Positions 32,533 through 42,680 are shown, numbered from the stretch's first letter. The stretch is 64,000 nucleotides of DNA from Auanema rhodensis (GCA_964057225.1 OZ059896.1:15562001-15626000), one strand, 5' to 3'. Notes: generated by a model from the letters alone, not told the origin. Numbers and translations are program-made.

Positions 32533-33503
32533 CAATTGTTTCATATATAATAAATACTTAATTTCACTCATTTGTTCTCTCTCTCTTTTTTTTTTTTTTC
32601 CATAACACAAACTTTGGTCGAGCTTATTAATAAAGAAGGAGTGCGTGCGCCTTGGGAAAATGGCTCATGTGCACGTTATTATTAAAAGCCGTGGGCGATT
32701 CTTTTTCGGAATGATTTTGGCATGCTAATGAGATTCCGAGAATATTTAAAAAGATTGCTCATTTTACTAATGGACTGAGACCAAAGCTCGTTTATAAAAC
32801 GCAATTTTTTTCTTTAAACCATTCTACTAATTTATAGAATATTACAATATGAATACTACGGTAGGTGTGTGGGAATATCTTATGATGTTAGCAACAAAAA
32901 ATGAGCTGAGGAAGGTGACACATTCTACGGAGAAGAAAACATCCGTAGCCCATGTGCTTTCGCCAAAATGACCTGACAGGCAATAAAATTTGTGCCAGGA
33001 TTTTTCGGACTAGTGTGGTCTATTCTCACAATCAAAAAAAAAATAAAAACCGAATAACGGCTCCCGCAAAAATATTTAGTTAGCATGCTCTTTTACGCCT
33101 GAATTTAACTTTCAAATCTCTAGTCCTGACCACAATAAAATATTAAACTTTGTGCGCTTTCAAAATTTCATTCTAACTCCTCGTTGCCAAATAATAATGT
33201 AATCAAAATTTCGTTTGGTGAAATTGTCCCCTATTTCGATCCAAACGTCCTCAAAAAAAAATGCAAGAGAAGCGGTGCAGGATACGGTATTATAAGGGTG
33301 GACACTCAGACGGTTTTATGAGTGGGGACAGCGGGTGAAATTTCAAAATTATGTAGTCCTAGCTCTCTAAAAGAGAGATCCCTTGTACCTGCACCTTATA
33401 CAAGTTGGCGCCCTCATTATGTTGCTAACCGTGGAGGAAGTTTTAATTTAGATATCAAAATATGGACTTTTTATGCGAGTTTTTGCGACAAAAATGAGTT
33501 CGA

Positions 33504-33516
33504 GGTGGAACCTCCA
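33504..33516 (-). promoter_or_regulatory. Primer-binding site, tRNA-Gln
   Basis: Minus strand TGGAGGTTCCACC abutting the 5' LTR. Confidence 0.88.
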
Positions 33517-33882
33517 CGTTCCATTATGCTCCTACGTATATTGAACAGACCATTGTAGTCTGCTCAACTACGCGTATAGTATTCCATAAGTGTAGCGGTA
33601 TGGAAACAGAGCATAAGGATTACATAAGATAAGGAAATATATAGGTTTATTATACACAATACAATATCATTACAATACATTAACACAAGGATAAAGTAAA
33701 CTACATTTACAAGACAAAGACTAATATATAAGATTAACTAAGTTAGATGCAAACCGTCCATGGGCTTGCAAAGGGGCGAACTCCCGAATAGGGGCATGAG
33801 GGAAGGCGGTGCCATTCCTCATTCCTCTAGTCGGTCTGGCTCTAACCCTGCAGTTACATATATAGAGTCTCCGAATGGAACG
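33517..33882 (-). repeat. Element C 5' LTR (366 bp)
   Basis: Direct repeat of 24504-24869. Confidence 0.96.
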
Positions 33883-33936
33883 ATATGGTATACGGTTAAC
33901 TAGAAATGCTTTCGTTTTCCGAGAGAACTGTTAGAC

Positions 33937-34077
33937 AGCTTTGCGCAGTGGCGATAACGTGACCAATGAGGCTTTGCCGAGGTGCGTTTATTGCTGGTTG
34001 AAAACTTTTCCCAATTACCCGCGATATTCCCTGAAACATGGGTGATATACGCAATTTTTGAATGCCTGATAAGGCTG
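33937..34077 (+). ncRNA. U4: U4 snRNA
   Basis: array copy. Confidence 0.95.
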
Positions 34078-34206
34078 ATTAGCATATTATGGAAGATTGT
34101 TCCACGTGAAATGACGTCATTTTTCTCATGACGCGTCAATTTTCCAAACCAAATTAGAAGGAACGGTTGCACTCCATACATATTCCGAAAAGAAAGGTAA
34201 GCATTC

Positions 34207-34325
34207 GCTTACGACCATACCACGTTGAAAGTACGCCATCCCGTCCGATCTGGCAAGTCAAGCAACGTTGGGCCCGGTTAGTACTTGGATCGGAGACGGC
34301 TTGGGAATCCCGGGTGCCGTAAGCT
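34207..34325 (+). rRNA. 5S: 5S rRNA (C39 type)
   Basis: array copy. Confidence 0.98.
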
Positions 34326-34426
34326 TTTCCTTTTTCTCATATTTTCATATAGTTTATCATCTTTAGTTACCTATATGGTATACGGTTAACTAGAAATGCT
34401 TTCGTTTTCCGAGAGAACTGTTAGAC

Positions 34427-34567
34427 AGCTTTGCGCAGTGGCGATAACGTGACCAATGAGGCTTTGCCGAGGTGCGTTTATTGCTGGTTGAAAACTTTTC
34501 CCAATTACCCGCGATATTCCCTGAAACATGGGTGATATACGCAATTTTTGAATGCCTGATAAGGCTG
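34427..34567 (+). ncRNA. U4: U4 snRNA
   Basis: array copy. Confidence 0.95.
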
Positions 34568-34696
34568 ATTAGCATATTATGGAAGATTGTTTCACGTGAA
34601 ATGACGTCATTTTTCTCATGACGCGTCAATTTTCCAAACCAAATTAGAAGGAACGGTTGCACTCCATACATATTCCGAAAAGAAAGGTAAGCATTC

Positions 34697-34815
34697 GCTT
34701 ACGACCATACCACGTTGAAAGTACGCCATCCCGTTCGATCTGGCAAGTCAAGCAACGTTGGGCCCGGTTAGTACTTGGATCGGAGACGGCTTGGGAATCC
34801 CGGGTGCCGTAAGCT
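34697..34815 (+). rRNA. 5S: 5S rRNA
   Basis: array copy. Confidence 0.98.
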
Positions 34816-34916
34816 TTTCCTTTTTCTCATATTTTCATATAGTTTATCATCTTTAGTTACCTATATGGTATACGGTTAACTAGAAATGCTTTCGTTTTCC
34901 GAGACAACTGTTAGAC

Positions 34917-35057
34917 AGCTTTGCGCAGTGGCGATAACGTGACCAATGAGGCTTTGCCGAGGTGCGTTTATTGCTGGTTGAAAACTTTTCCCAATTACCC
35001 GCGATATTCCCTGAAACATGGGTGATATACGCAATTTTTGAATGCCTGATAAGGCTG
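34917..35057 (+). ncRNA. U4: U4 snRNA
   Basis: array copy. Confidence 0.95.
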
Positions 35058-35186
35058 AATAGCATGGTATAGTAGATTGTTCCACATGAAAAGACGTCAT
35101 TTTTCTCATGACGCGTCAATTTTCCAAACCAAATTAGAAGGAACGGTTGCACTCCATACATATTCCGAAAAGAAAGGTAAGCATTC

Positions 35187-35305
35187 GCTTACGACCATAC
35201 CACGTTGAAAGTACGCCATCCCGTTCGATCTGGCAAGTCAAGCAACGTTGGGCCCGGTTAGTACTTGGATCGGAGACGGCTTGGGAATCCCGGGTGCCGT
35301 AAGCT
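35187..35305 (+). rRNA. 5S: 5S rRNA
   Basis: array copy. Confidence 0.98.
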
Positions 35306-35406
35306 TTTCCTTTTTCTCATATTTTCATATAGTTTATCATCTTTAGTTACCTATATGGTATACGGTTAACTAGAAATGCTTTCGTTTTCCGAGACAACTG
35401 TTAGAC

Positions 35407-35547
35407 AGCTTTGCGCAGTGGCGATAACGTGACCAATGAGGTTTTGCCGAGGTGCGTTTATTGCTGGTTGAAAACTTTTCCCAATTACCCGCGATATTCC
35501 CTGAAGCATGGGTGATATACGCAATTTTTGAATGCCTGATAAGGCTG
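35407..35547 (+). ncRNA. U4: U4 snRNA (two-substitution variant)
   Basis: array copy. Confidence 0.93.
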
Positions 35548-35676
35548 ATTAGCATATTATGGTAGATTGTTCCACGTGAAATGACGTCATTTTTCTCATG
35601 ACGCGTCAATTTTCAAAACCAAATTAGAAGGAACGGTTGCACTCCATACATATTCCGAAAAGAAAGGTAAGCATTC

Positions 35677-35795
35677 GCTTACGACCATACCACGTTGAAA
35701 GTACGCCATCCCGTCCGATCTGGCAAGTCAAGCAACGTTGGGCCCGGTTAGTACTTGGATCGGAGACGGCTTGGGAATCCCGGGTGCCGTAAGCT
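35677..35795 (+). rRNA. 5S: 5S rRNA (C39 type)
   Basis: array copy. Confidence 0.98.
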
Positions 35796-35896
35796 TTTCC
35801 TTTTTCTCATATTTTCATATAGTTTATCATCTTTAGTTACCTATATGGTATACGGTTAACTAGAAATGCTTTCGTTTTCCGAGACAACTGTTAGAC

Positions 35897-36037
35897 AGCT
35901 TTGCGCAGTGGCGATAACGTGACCAATGAGGCTTTGCCGAGGTGCGTTTATTGCTGGTTGAAAACTTTTCCCAATTACCCGCGATATTCCCTGAAACATG
36001 GGTGATATACGCAATTTTTGAATGCCTGATAAGGCTG
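35897..36037 (+). ncRNA. U4: U4 snRNA
   Basis: array copy. Confidence 0.95.
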
Positions 36038-36166
36038 ATTAGCATATTATGAAAGATTGTTCCACGTTAAATGACGTCATTTTTCTCATGACGCGTGAAT
36101 TTTCAAAACCAAATTAGAAGGAACGGTTGCACTTCATACATATTCCGAAAAGAAAGGTAAGCATTC

Positions 36167-36285
36167 GCTTACGACCATACCACGTTGAAAGTACGCCATC
36201 CCGTCCGATCTGGCAAGTCAAGCAACGTTGGGCCCGGTTAGTACTTGGATCGGAGACGGCTTGGGAATCCCGGGTGCCGTAAGCT
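36167..36285 (+). rRNA. 5S: 5S rRNA (C39 type)
   Basis: array copy. Confidence 0.98.
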
Positions 36286-36386
36286 TTTCCTTTTTCTCAT
36301 ATTTTCATATAGTTTATCATCTTTAGTTACCTATATGGTATACGGTTAACTAGAAATGCTTTCGTTTTCCGAGAGAACTGTTAGAC

Positions 36387-36527
36387 AGCTTTGCGCAGTG
36401 GCGATAACGTGACCAATGAGGCTTTGCCGAGGTGCGTTTATTGCTGGTTGAAAACTTTTCCCAATTACCCGCGATATTCCCTGAAACATGGGTGATATAC
36501 GCAATTTTTGAATGCCTGATAAGGCTG
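36387..36527 (+). ncRNA. U4: U4 snRNA
   Basis: array copy. Confidence 0.95.
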
Positions 36528-36656
36528 ATTAGCATATTATGGAAGATTGTTCCACGTGAAATGACGTCATTTTTCTCATGACGCGTCAATTTTCCAAACC
36601 AAATTAGAAGGAACGGTTGCACTCCATACATATTCCGAAAAGAAAGGTAAGCATTC

Positions 36657-36775
36657 GCTTACGACCATACCACGTTGAAAGTACGCCATCCCGTCCGATC
36701 TGGCAAGTCAAGCAACGTTGGGCCCGGTTAGTACTTGGATCGGAGACGGCTTGGGAATCCCGGGTGCCGTAAGCT
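36657..36775 (+). rRNA. 5S: 5S rRNA (C39 type)
   Basis: array copy. Confidence 0.98.
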
Positions 36776-36876
36776 TTTCCTTTTTCTCATATTTTCATAT
36801 AGTTTATCATCTTTAGTTACCTATATGGTATACGGTTAACTAGAAATGCTTTCGTTTTCCGAGAGAACTGTTAGAC

Positions 36877-37017
36877 AGCTTTGCGCAGTGGCGATAACGT
36901 GACCAATGAGGCTTTGCCGAGGTGCGTTTATTGCTGGTTGAAAACTTTTCCCAATTACCCGCGATATTCCCTGAAACATGGGTGATATACGCAATTTTTG
37001 AATGCCTGATAAGGCTG
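36877..37017 (+). ncRNA. U4: U4 snRNA
   Basis: array copy. Confidence 0.95.
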
Positions 37018-37146
37018 ATTAGCATATTATGGAAGATTGTTTCACGTGAAATAACGTCATTTTTCTCATGACGCGTCAATTTTCCAAACCAAATTAGAAG
37101 GAACGGTTGCACTCCATACATATTCCGAAAAGAAAGGTAAGCATTC

Positions 37147-37265
37147 GCTTACGACCATACCACGTTGAAAGTACGCCATCCCGTTCGATCTGGCAAGTCA
37201 AGCAACGTTGGGCCCGGTTAGTACTTGGATCGGAGACGGCTTGGGAATCCCGGGTGCCGTAAGCT
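37147..37265 (+). rRNA. 5S: 5S rRNA
   Basis: array copy. Confidence 0.98.
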
Positions 37266-37366
37266 TTTCCTTTTTCTCATATTTTCATATAGTTTATCAT
37301 CTTTAGTTACCTATATGGTATACGGTTAACTAGAAATGCTTTCGTTTTCCGAGACAACTGTTAGAC

Positions 37367-37507
37367 AGCTTTGCGCAGTGGCGATAACGTGACCAATGAG
37401 GCTTTGCCGAGGTGCGTTTATTGCTGGTTGAAAACTTTTCCCAATTACCCGCGATATTCCCTGAAACATGGGTGATATACGCAATTTTTGAATGCCTGAT
37501 AAGGCTG
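37367..37507 (+). ncRNA. U4: U4 snRNA
   Basis: array copy. Confidence 0.95.
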
Positions 37508-37636
37508 ATTAGCATATTATGGAAGATTGTTTCACGTGAAATGACGTCATTTTTCTCATGACGCGTCAATTTTCCAAACCAAATTAGAAGGAACGGTTGC
37601 ACTCCATACATATTCCGAAAAGAAAGGTAAGCATTC

Positions 37637-37755
37637 GCTTACGACCATACCACGTTGAAAGTACGCCATCCCGTTCGATCTGGCAAGTCAAGCAACGTTG
37701 GGCCCGGTTAGTACTTGGATCGGAGACGGCTTGGGAATCCCGGGTGCCGTAAGCT
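37637..37755 (+). rRNA. 5S: 5S rRNA
   Basis: array copy. Confidence 0.98.
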
Positions 37756-37856
37756 TTTCCTTTTTCTCATATTTTCATATAGTTTATCATCTTTAGTTAC
37801 CTATATGGTATACGGTTAACTAGAAATGCTTTCGTTTTCCGAGACAACTGTTAGAC

Positions 37857-37997
37857 AGCTTTGCGCAGTGGCGATAACGTGACCAATGAGGCTTTGCCGA
37901 GGTGCGTTTATTGCTGGTTGAAAACTTTTCCCAATTACCCGCGATATTCCCTGAAACATGGGTGATATACGCAATTTTTGAATGCCTGATAAGGCTG
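37857..37997 (+). ncRNA. U4: U4 snRNA
   Basis: array copy. Confidence 0.95.
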
Positions 37998-38126
37998 ATT
38001 AGCATATTATGGAAGATTGTTCCACGTGAAATGACGTCATTTTTCTCATGACGCGTCAATTTTCAAAACCAAATTAGAAGGAACGGTTGCACTCCATACA
38101 TATTCCGAAAAGAAAGGTAAGCATTC

Positions 38127-38245
38127 GCTTACGACCATACCACGTTGAAAGTACGCCATCCCGTTCGATCTGGCAAGTCAAGCAACGTTGGGCCCGGTTA
38201 GTACTTGGATCGGAGACGGCTTGGGAATCCCGGGTGCCGTAAGCT
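38127..38245 (+). rRNA. 5S: 5S rRNA
   Basis: array copy. Confidence 0.98.
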
Positions 38246-38346
38246 TTTCCTTTTTCTCATATTTTCATATAGTTTATCATCTTTAGTTACCTATATGGTA
38301 TACGGTTAACTAGAAATGCTTTCGTTTTCCGAGAGAACTGTTAGAC

Positions 38347-38487
38347 AGCTTTGCGCAGTGGCGATAACGTGACCAATGAGGCTTTGCCGAGGTGCGTTTA
38401 TTGCTGGTTGAAAACTTTTCCCAATTACCCGCGATATTCCCTGAAACATGGGTGATATACGCAATTTTTGAATGCCTGATAAGGCTG
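38347..38487 (+). ncRNA. U4: U4 snRNA
   Basis: array copy. Confidence 0.95.
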
Positions 38488-38616
38488 ATTAGCATATTAT
38501 GGAAGATTGTTCCACGTGAAATGACGTCATTTTTCTCATGACGCGTCAATTTTCAAAACCAAATTAGAAGGAACGGTTGCACTCCATACATATTCCGAAA
38601 AGAAAGGTAAGCATTC

Positions 38617-38735
38617 GCTTACGACCATACCACGTTGAAAGTACGCCATCCCGTTCGATCTGGCAAGTCAAGCAACGTTGGGCCCGGTTAGTACTTGGAT
38701 CGGAGACGGCTTGGGAATCCCGGGTGCCGTAAGCT
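38617..38735 (+). rRNA. 5S: 5S rRNA
   Basis: array copy. Confidence 0.98.
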
Positions 38736-38836
38736 TTTCCTTTTTCTCATATTTTCATATAGTTTATCATCTTTAGTTACCTATATGGTATACGGTTAAC
38801 TAGAAATGCTTTCGTTTTCCGAGAGAACTGTTAGAC

Positions 38837-38977
38837 AGCTTTGCGCAGTGGCGATAACGTGACCAATGAGGCTTTGCCGAGGTGCGTTTATTGCTGGTTG
38901 AAAACTTTTCCCAATTACCCGCGATATTCCCTGAAACATGGGTGATATACGCAATTTTTGAATGCCTGATAAGGCTG
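38837..38977 (+). ncRNA. U4: U4 snRNA
   Basis: array copy. Confidence 0.95.
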
Positions 38978-39106
38978 ATTAGCATATTATGGAAGATTGT
39001 TCCACGTGAAATGACGTCATTTTTCTCATGACGCGTCAATTTTCCAAACCAAATTAGAAGGAACGGTTGCACTCCATACATATTCCGAAAAGAAAGGTAA
39101 GCATTC

Positions 39107-39225
39107 GCTTACGACCATACCACGTTGAAAGTACGCCATCCCGTCCGATCTGGCAAGTCAAGCAACGTTGGGCCCGGTTAGTACTTGGATCGGAGACGGC
39201 TTGGGAATCCCGGGTGCCGTAAGCT
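39107..39225 (+). rRNA. 5S: 5S rRNA (C39 type)
   Basis: array copy. Confidence 0.98.
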
Positions 39226-39326
39226 TTTCCTTTTTCTCATATTTTCATATAGTTTATCATCTTTAGTTACCTATATGGTATACGGTTAACTAGAAATGCT
39301 TTCGTTTTCCGAGAGAACTGTTAGAC

Positions 39327-39467
39327 AGCTTTGCGCAGTGGCGATAACGTGACCAATGAGGCTTTGCCGAGGTGCGTTTATTGCTGGTTGAAAACTTTTC
39401 CCAATTACCCGCGATATTCCCTGAAACATGGGTGATATACGCAATTTTTGAATGCCTGATAAGGCTG
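39327..39467 (+). ncRNA. U4: U4 snRNA
   Basis: array copy. Confidence 0.95.
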
Positions 39468-39596
39468 ATTAGCATATTATGGAAGATTGTTCCACGTGAA
39501 ATGACGTCATTTCTCTCATGACGCGTCAATTTTCAAAACCAAATTAGAAGGAACGGTTGCACTCCATACATATTCCGAAAAGAAAGGTAAGCATTC

Positions 39597-39715
39597 GCTT
39601 ACGACCATACCACGTTGAAAGTACGCCATCCCGTTCGATCTGGCAAGTCAAGCAACGTTGGGCCCGGTTAGTACTTGGATCGGAGACGGCTTGGGAATCC
39701 CGGGTGCCGTAAGCT
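39597..39715 (+). rRNA. 5S: 5S rRNA
   Basis: array copy. Confidence 0.98.
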
Positions 39716-39816
39716 TTTCCTTTTTCTCATATTTTCATATAGTTTATCATCTTTAGTTACCTATATGGTATACGGTTAACTAGAAATGCTTTCGTTTTCC
39801 GAGAGAACTGTTAGAC

Positions 39817-39957
39817 AGCTTTGCGCAGTGGCGATAACGTGACCAATGAGGCTTTGCCGAGGTGCGTTTATTGCTGGTTGAAAACTTTTCCCAATTACCC
39901 GCGATATTCCCTGAAACATGGGTGATATACGCAATTTTTGAATGCCTGATAAGGCTG
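39817..39957 (+). ncRNA. U4: U4 snRNA
   Basis: array copy. Confidence 0.95.
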
Positions 39958-40086
39958 ATTAGCATATTATGGAAGATTGTTCCACGTGAAATGACGTCAT
40001 TTTTCTCATGACGCGTCAATTTTCCAAACCAAATTAGAAGGAACGGTTGCACTCCATACATATTCCGAAAAGAAAGGTAAGCATTC

Positions 40087-40205
40087 GCTTACGACCATAC
40101 CACGTTGAAAGTACGCCATCCCGTCCGATCTGGCAAGTCAAGCAACGTTGGGCCCGGTTAGTACTTGGATCGGAGACGGCTTGGGAATCCCGGGTGCCGT
40201 AAGCT
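40087..40205 (+). rRNA. 5S: 5S rRNA (C39 type)
   Basis: array copy. Confidence 0.98.
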
Positions 40206-40306
40206 TTTCCTTTTTCTCATATTTTCATATAGTTTATCATCTTTAGTTACCTATATGGTATACGGTTAACTAGAAATGCTTTCGTTTTCCGAGAGAACTG
40301 TTAGAC

Positions 40307-40447
40307 AGCTTTGCGCAGTGGCGATAACGTGACCAATGAGGCTTTGCCGAGGTGCGTTTATTGCTGGTTGAAAACTTTTCCCAATTACCCGCGATATTCC
40401 CTGAAACATGGGTGATATACGCAATTTTTGAATGCCTGATAAGGCTG
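40307..40447 (+). ncRNA. U4: U4 snRNA
   Basis: array copy. Confidence 0.95.
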
Positions 40448-40576
40448 ATTAGCATATTATGGAAGATTGTTTCACGTGAAATGACGTCATTTTTCTCATG
40501 ACGCGTCAATTTTCCAAACCAAATTAGAAGGAACGGTTGCACTTCATACATATTCCGAAAAGAAAGGTAAGCATTC

Positions 40577-40695
40577 GCTTACGACCATACCACGTTGAAA
40601 GTACGCCATCCCGTTCGATCTGGCAAGTCAAGCAACGTTGGGCCCGGTTAGTACTTGGATCGGAGACGGCTTGGGAATCCCGGGTGCCGTAAGCT
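40577..40695 (+). rRNA. 5S: 5S rRNA
   Basis: array copy. Confidence 0.98.
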
Positions 40696-40796
40696 TTTCC
40701 TTTTTCTCATATTTTCATATAGTTTATCATCTTTAGTTACCTATATGGTATACGGTTAACTAGAAATGCTTTCGTTTTCCGAGAGAACTGTTAGAC

Positions 40797-40937
40797 AGCT
40801 TTGCGCAGTGGCGATAACGTGACCAATGAGGCTTTGCCGAGGTGCGTTTATTGCTGGTTGAAAACTTTTCCCAATTACCCGCGATATTCCCTGAAACATG
40901 GGTGATATACGCAATTTTTGAATGCCTGATAAGGCTG
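40797..40937 (+). ncRNA. U4: U4 snRNA
   Basis: array copy. Confidence 0.95.
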
Positions 40938-41066
40938 ATTAGCATATTATGGAAGATTGTTTCACGTGAAATGACGTCATTTTTCTCATGACGCGTCAAT
41001 TTTCCAAACCAAATTAGAAGGAACGGTTGCACTCCATACATATTCCGAAAAGAAAGGTAAGCATTC

Positions 41067-41185
41067 GCTTACGACCATACCACGTTGAAAGTACGCCATC
41101 CCGTTCGATCTGGCAAGTCAAGCAACGTTGGGCCCGGTTAGTACTTGGATCGGAGACGGCTTGGGAATCCCGGGTGCCGTAAGCT
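41067..41185 (+). rRNA. 5S: 5S rRNA
   Basis: array copy. Confidence 0.98.
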
Positions 41186-41286
41186 TTTCCTTTTTCTCAT
41201 ATTTTCATATAGTTTATCATCTTTAGTTACCTATATGGTATACGGTTAACTAGAAATGCTTTCGTTTTCCGAGACAACTGTTAGAC

Positions 41287-41427
41287 AGCTTTGCGCAGTG
41301 GCGATAACGTGACCAATGAGGCTTTGCCGAGGTGCGTTTATTGCTGGTTGAAAACTTTTCCCAATTACCCGCGATATTCCCTGAAACATGGGTGATATAC
41401 GCAATTTTTGAATGCCTGATAAGGCTG
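41287..41427 (+). ncRNA. U4: U4 snRNA
   Basis: array copy. Confidence 0.95.
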
Positions 41428-41556
41428 AATAGCATGGTATAGTAGATTGTTCCACATGAAATGACGTCATTTTTCTCATGACGCGTCAATTTTCCAAACC
41501 AAATTAGAAGGAACGGTTGCACTCCATACATATTCCGAAAAGAAAGGTAAGCATTC

Positions 41557-41675
41557 GCTTACGACCATACCACGTTGAAAGTACGCCATCCCGTTCGATC
41601 TGGCAAGTCAAGCAACGTTGGGCCCGGTTAGTACTTGGATCGGAGACGGCTTGGGAATCCCGGGTGCCGTAAGCT
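41557..41675 (+). rRNA. 5S: 5S rRNA
   Basis: array copy. Confidence 0.98.
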
Positions 41676-41776
41676 TTTCCTTTTTCTCATATTTTCATAT
41701 AGTTTATCATCTTTAGTTACCTATATGGTATACGGTTAACTAGAAATGCTTTCGTTTTCCGAGACAACTGTTAGAC

Positions 41777-41917
41777 AGCTTTGCGCAGTGGCGATAACGT
41801 GACCAATGAGGCTTTGCCGAGGTGCGTTTATTGCTGGTTGAAAACTTTTCCCAATTACCCGCGATATTCCCTGAAACATGGGTGATATACGCAATTTTTG
41901 AATGCCTGATAAGGCTG
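41777..41917 (+). ncRNA. U4: U4 snRNA
   Basis: array copy. Confidence 0.95.
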
Positions 41918-42046
41918 ATTAGCATATTATGGTAGATTGTTCCACGTGAAATGACGTCATTTTTCTCATGACGCGTCAATTTTCAAAACCAAATTAGAAG
42001 GAACGGTTGCACTCCATACATATTCCGAAAAGAAAGGTAAGCATTC

Positions 42047-42165
42047 GCTTACGACCATACCACGTTGAAAGTACGCCATCCCGTCCGATCTGGCAAGTCA
42101 AGCAACGTTGGGCCCGGTTAGTACTTGGATCGGAGACGGCTTGGGAATCCCGGGTGCCGTAAGCT
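42047..42165 (+). rRNA. 5S: 5S rRNA (C39 type)
   Basis: array copy. Confidence 0.98.
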
Positions 42166-42266
42166 TTTCCTTTTTCTCATATTTTCATATAGTTTATCAT
42201 CTTTAGTTACCTATATGGTATACGGTTAACTAGAAATGCTTTCGTTTTCCGAGACAACTGTTAGAC

Positions 42267-42407
42267 AGCTTTGCGCAGTGGCGATAACGTGACCAATGAG
42301 GCTTTGCCGAGGTGCGTTTATTGCTGGTTGAAAACTTTTCCCAATTACCCGCGATATTCCCTGAAACATGGGTGATATACGCAATTTTTGAATGCCTGAT
42401 AAGGCTG
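42267..42407 (+). ncRNA. U4: U4 snRNA
   Basis: array copy. Confidence 0.95.
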
Positions 42408-42536
42408 ATTAGCATATTATGAAAGATTGTTCCACGTTAAATGACGTCATTTTTCTCATGACGCGTGAATTTTCAAAACCAAATTAGAAGGAACGGTTGC
42501 ACTTCATACATATTCCGAAAAGAAAGGTAAGCATTC

Positions 42537-42655
42537 GCTTACGACCATACCACGTTGAAAGTACGCCATCCCGTCCGATCTGGCAAGTCAAGCAACGTTG
42601 GGCCCGGTTAGTACTTGGATCGGAGACGGCTTGGGAATCCCGGGTGCCGTAAGCT
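42537..42655 (+). rRNA. 5S: 5S rRNA (C39 type), last intact copy
   Basis: array copy. Confidence 0.98.
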
Positions 42656-42680
42656 TTTCCTTTTTCTCATATTTTCATAG

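Larger units (their letters stand above)
24504..33882 (-). mobile_element. Element C: Ty3/gypsy-type LTR retroelement with gB-like env upstream of pol, 9379 bp
   Basis: 4-bp TSD ATAT (24500-24503 / 33883-33886); two apparently identical 366-bp LTRs with CGTTCCATT...AATGGAACG termini; PR-RT-RH-IN order. Confidence 0.95.
33883..42680 (+). repeat. U4-5S array, block 4 (18 U4, 18 5S)
   Basis: 490-bp period. Confidence 0.98.

Noticed and set aside
33-42415. Repeated 61-93 aa minus-strand ORFs in each array unit
   Set aside because: They are antisense to U4, vary in start and stop between units, and are repeated only because the unit is repeated
1-42680. CRISPR array or satellite DNA interpretation
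   Set aside because: Eukaryotic context, no unique spacers, and the unit encodes two RNA genes
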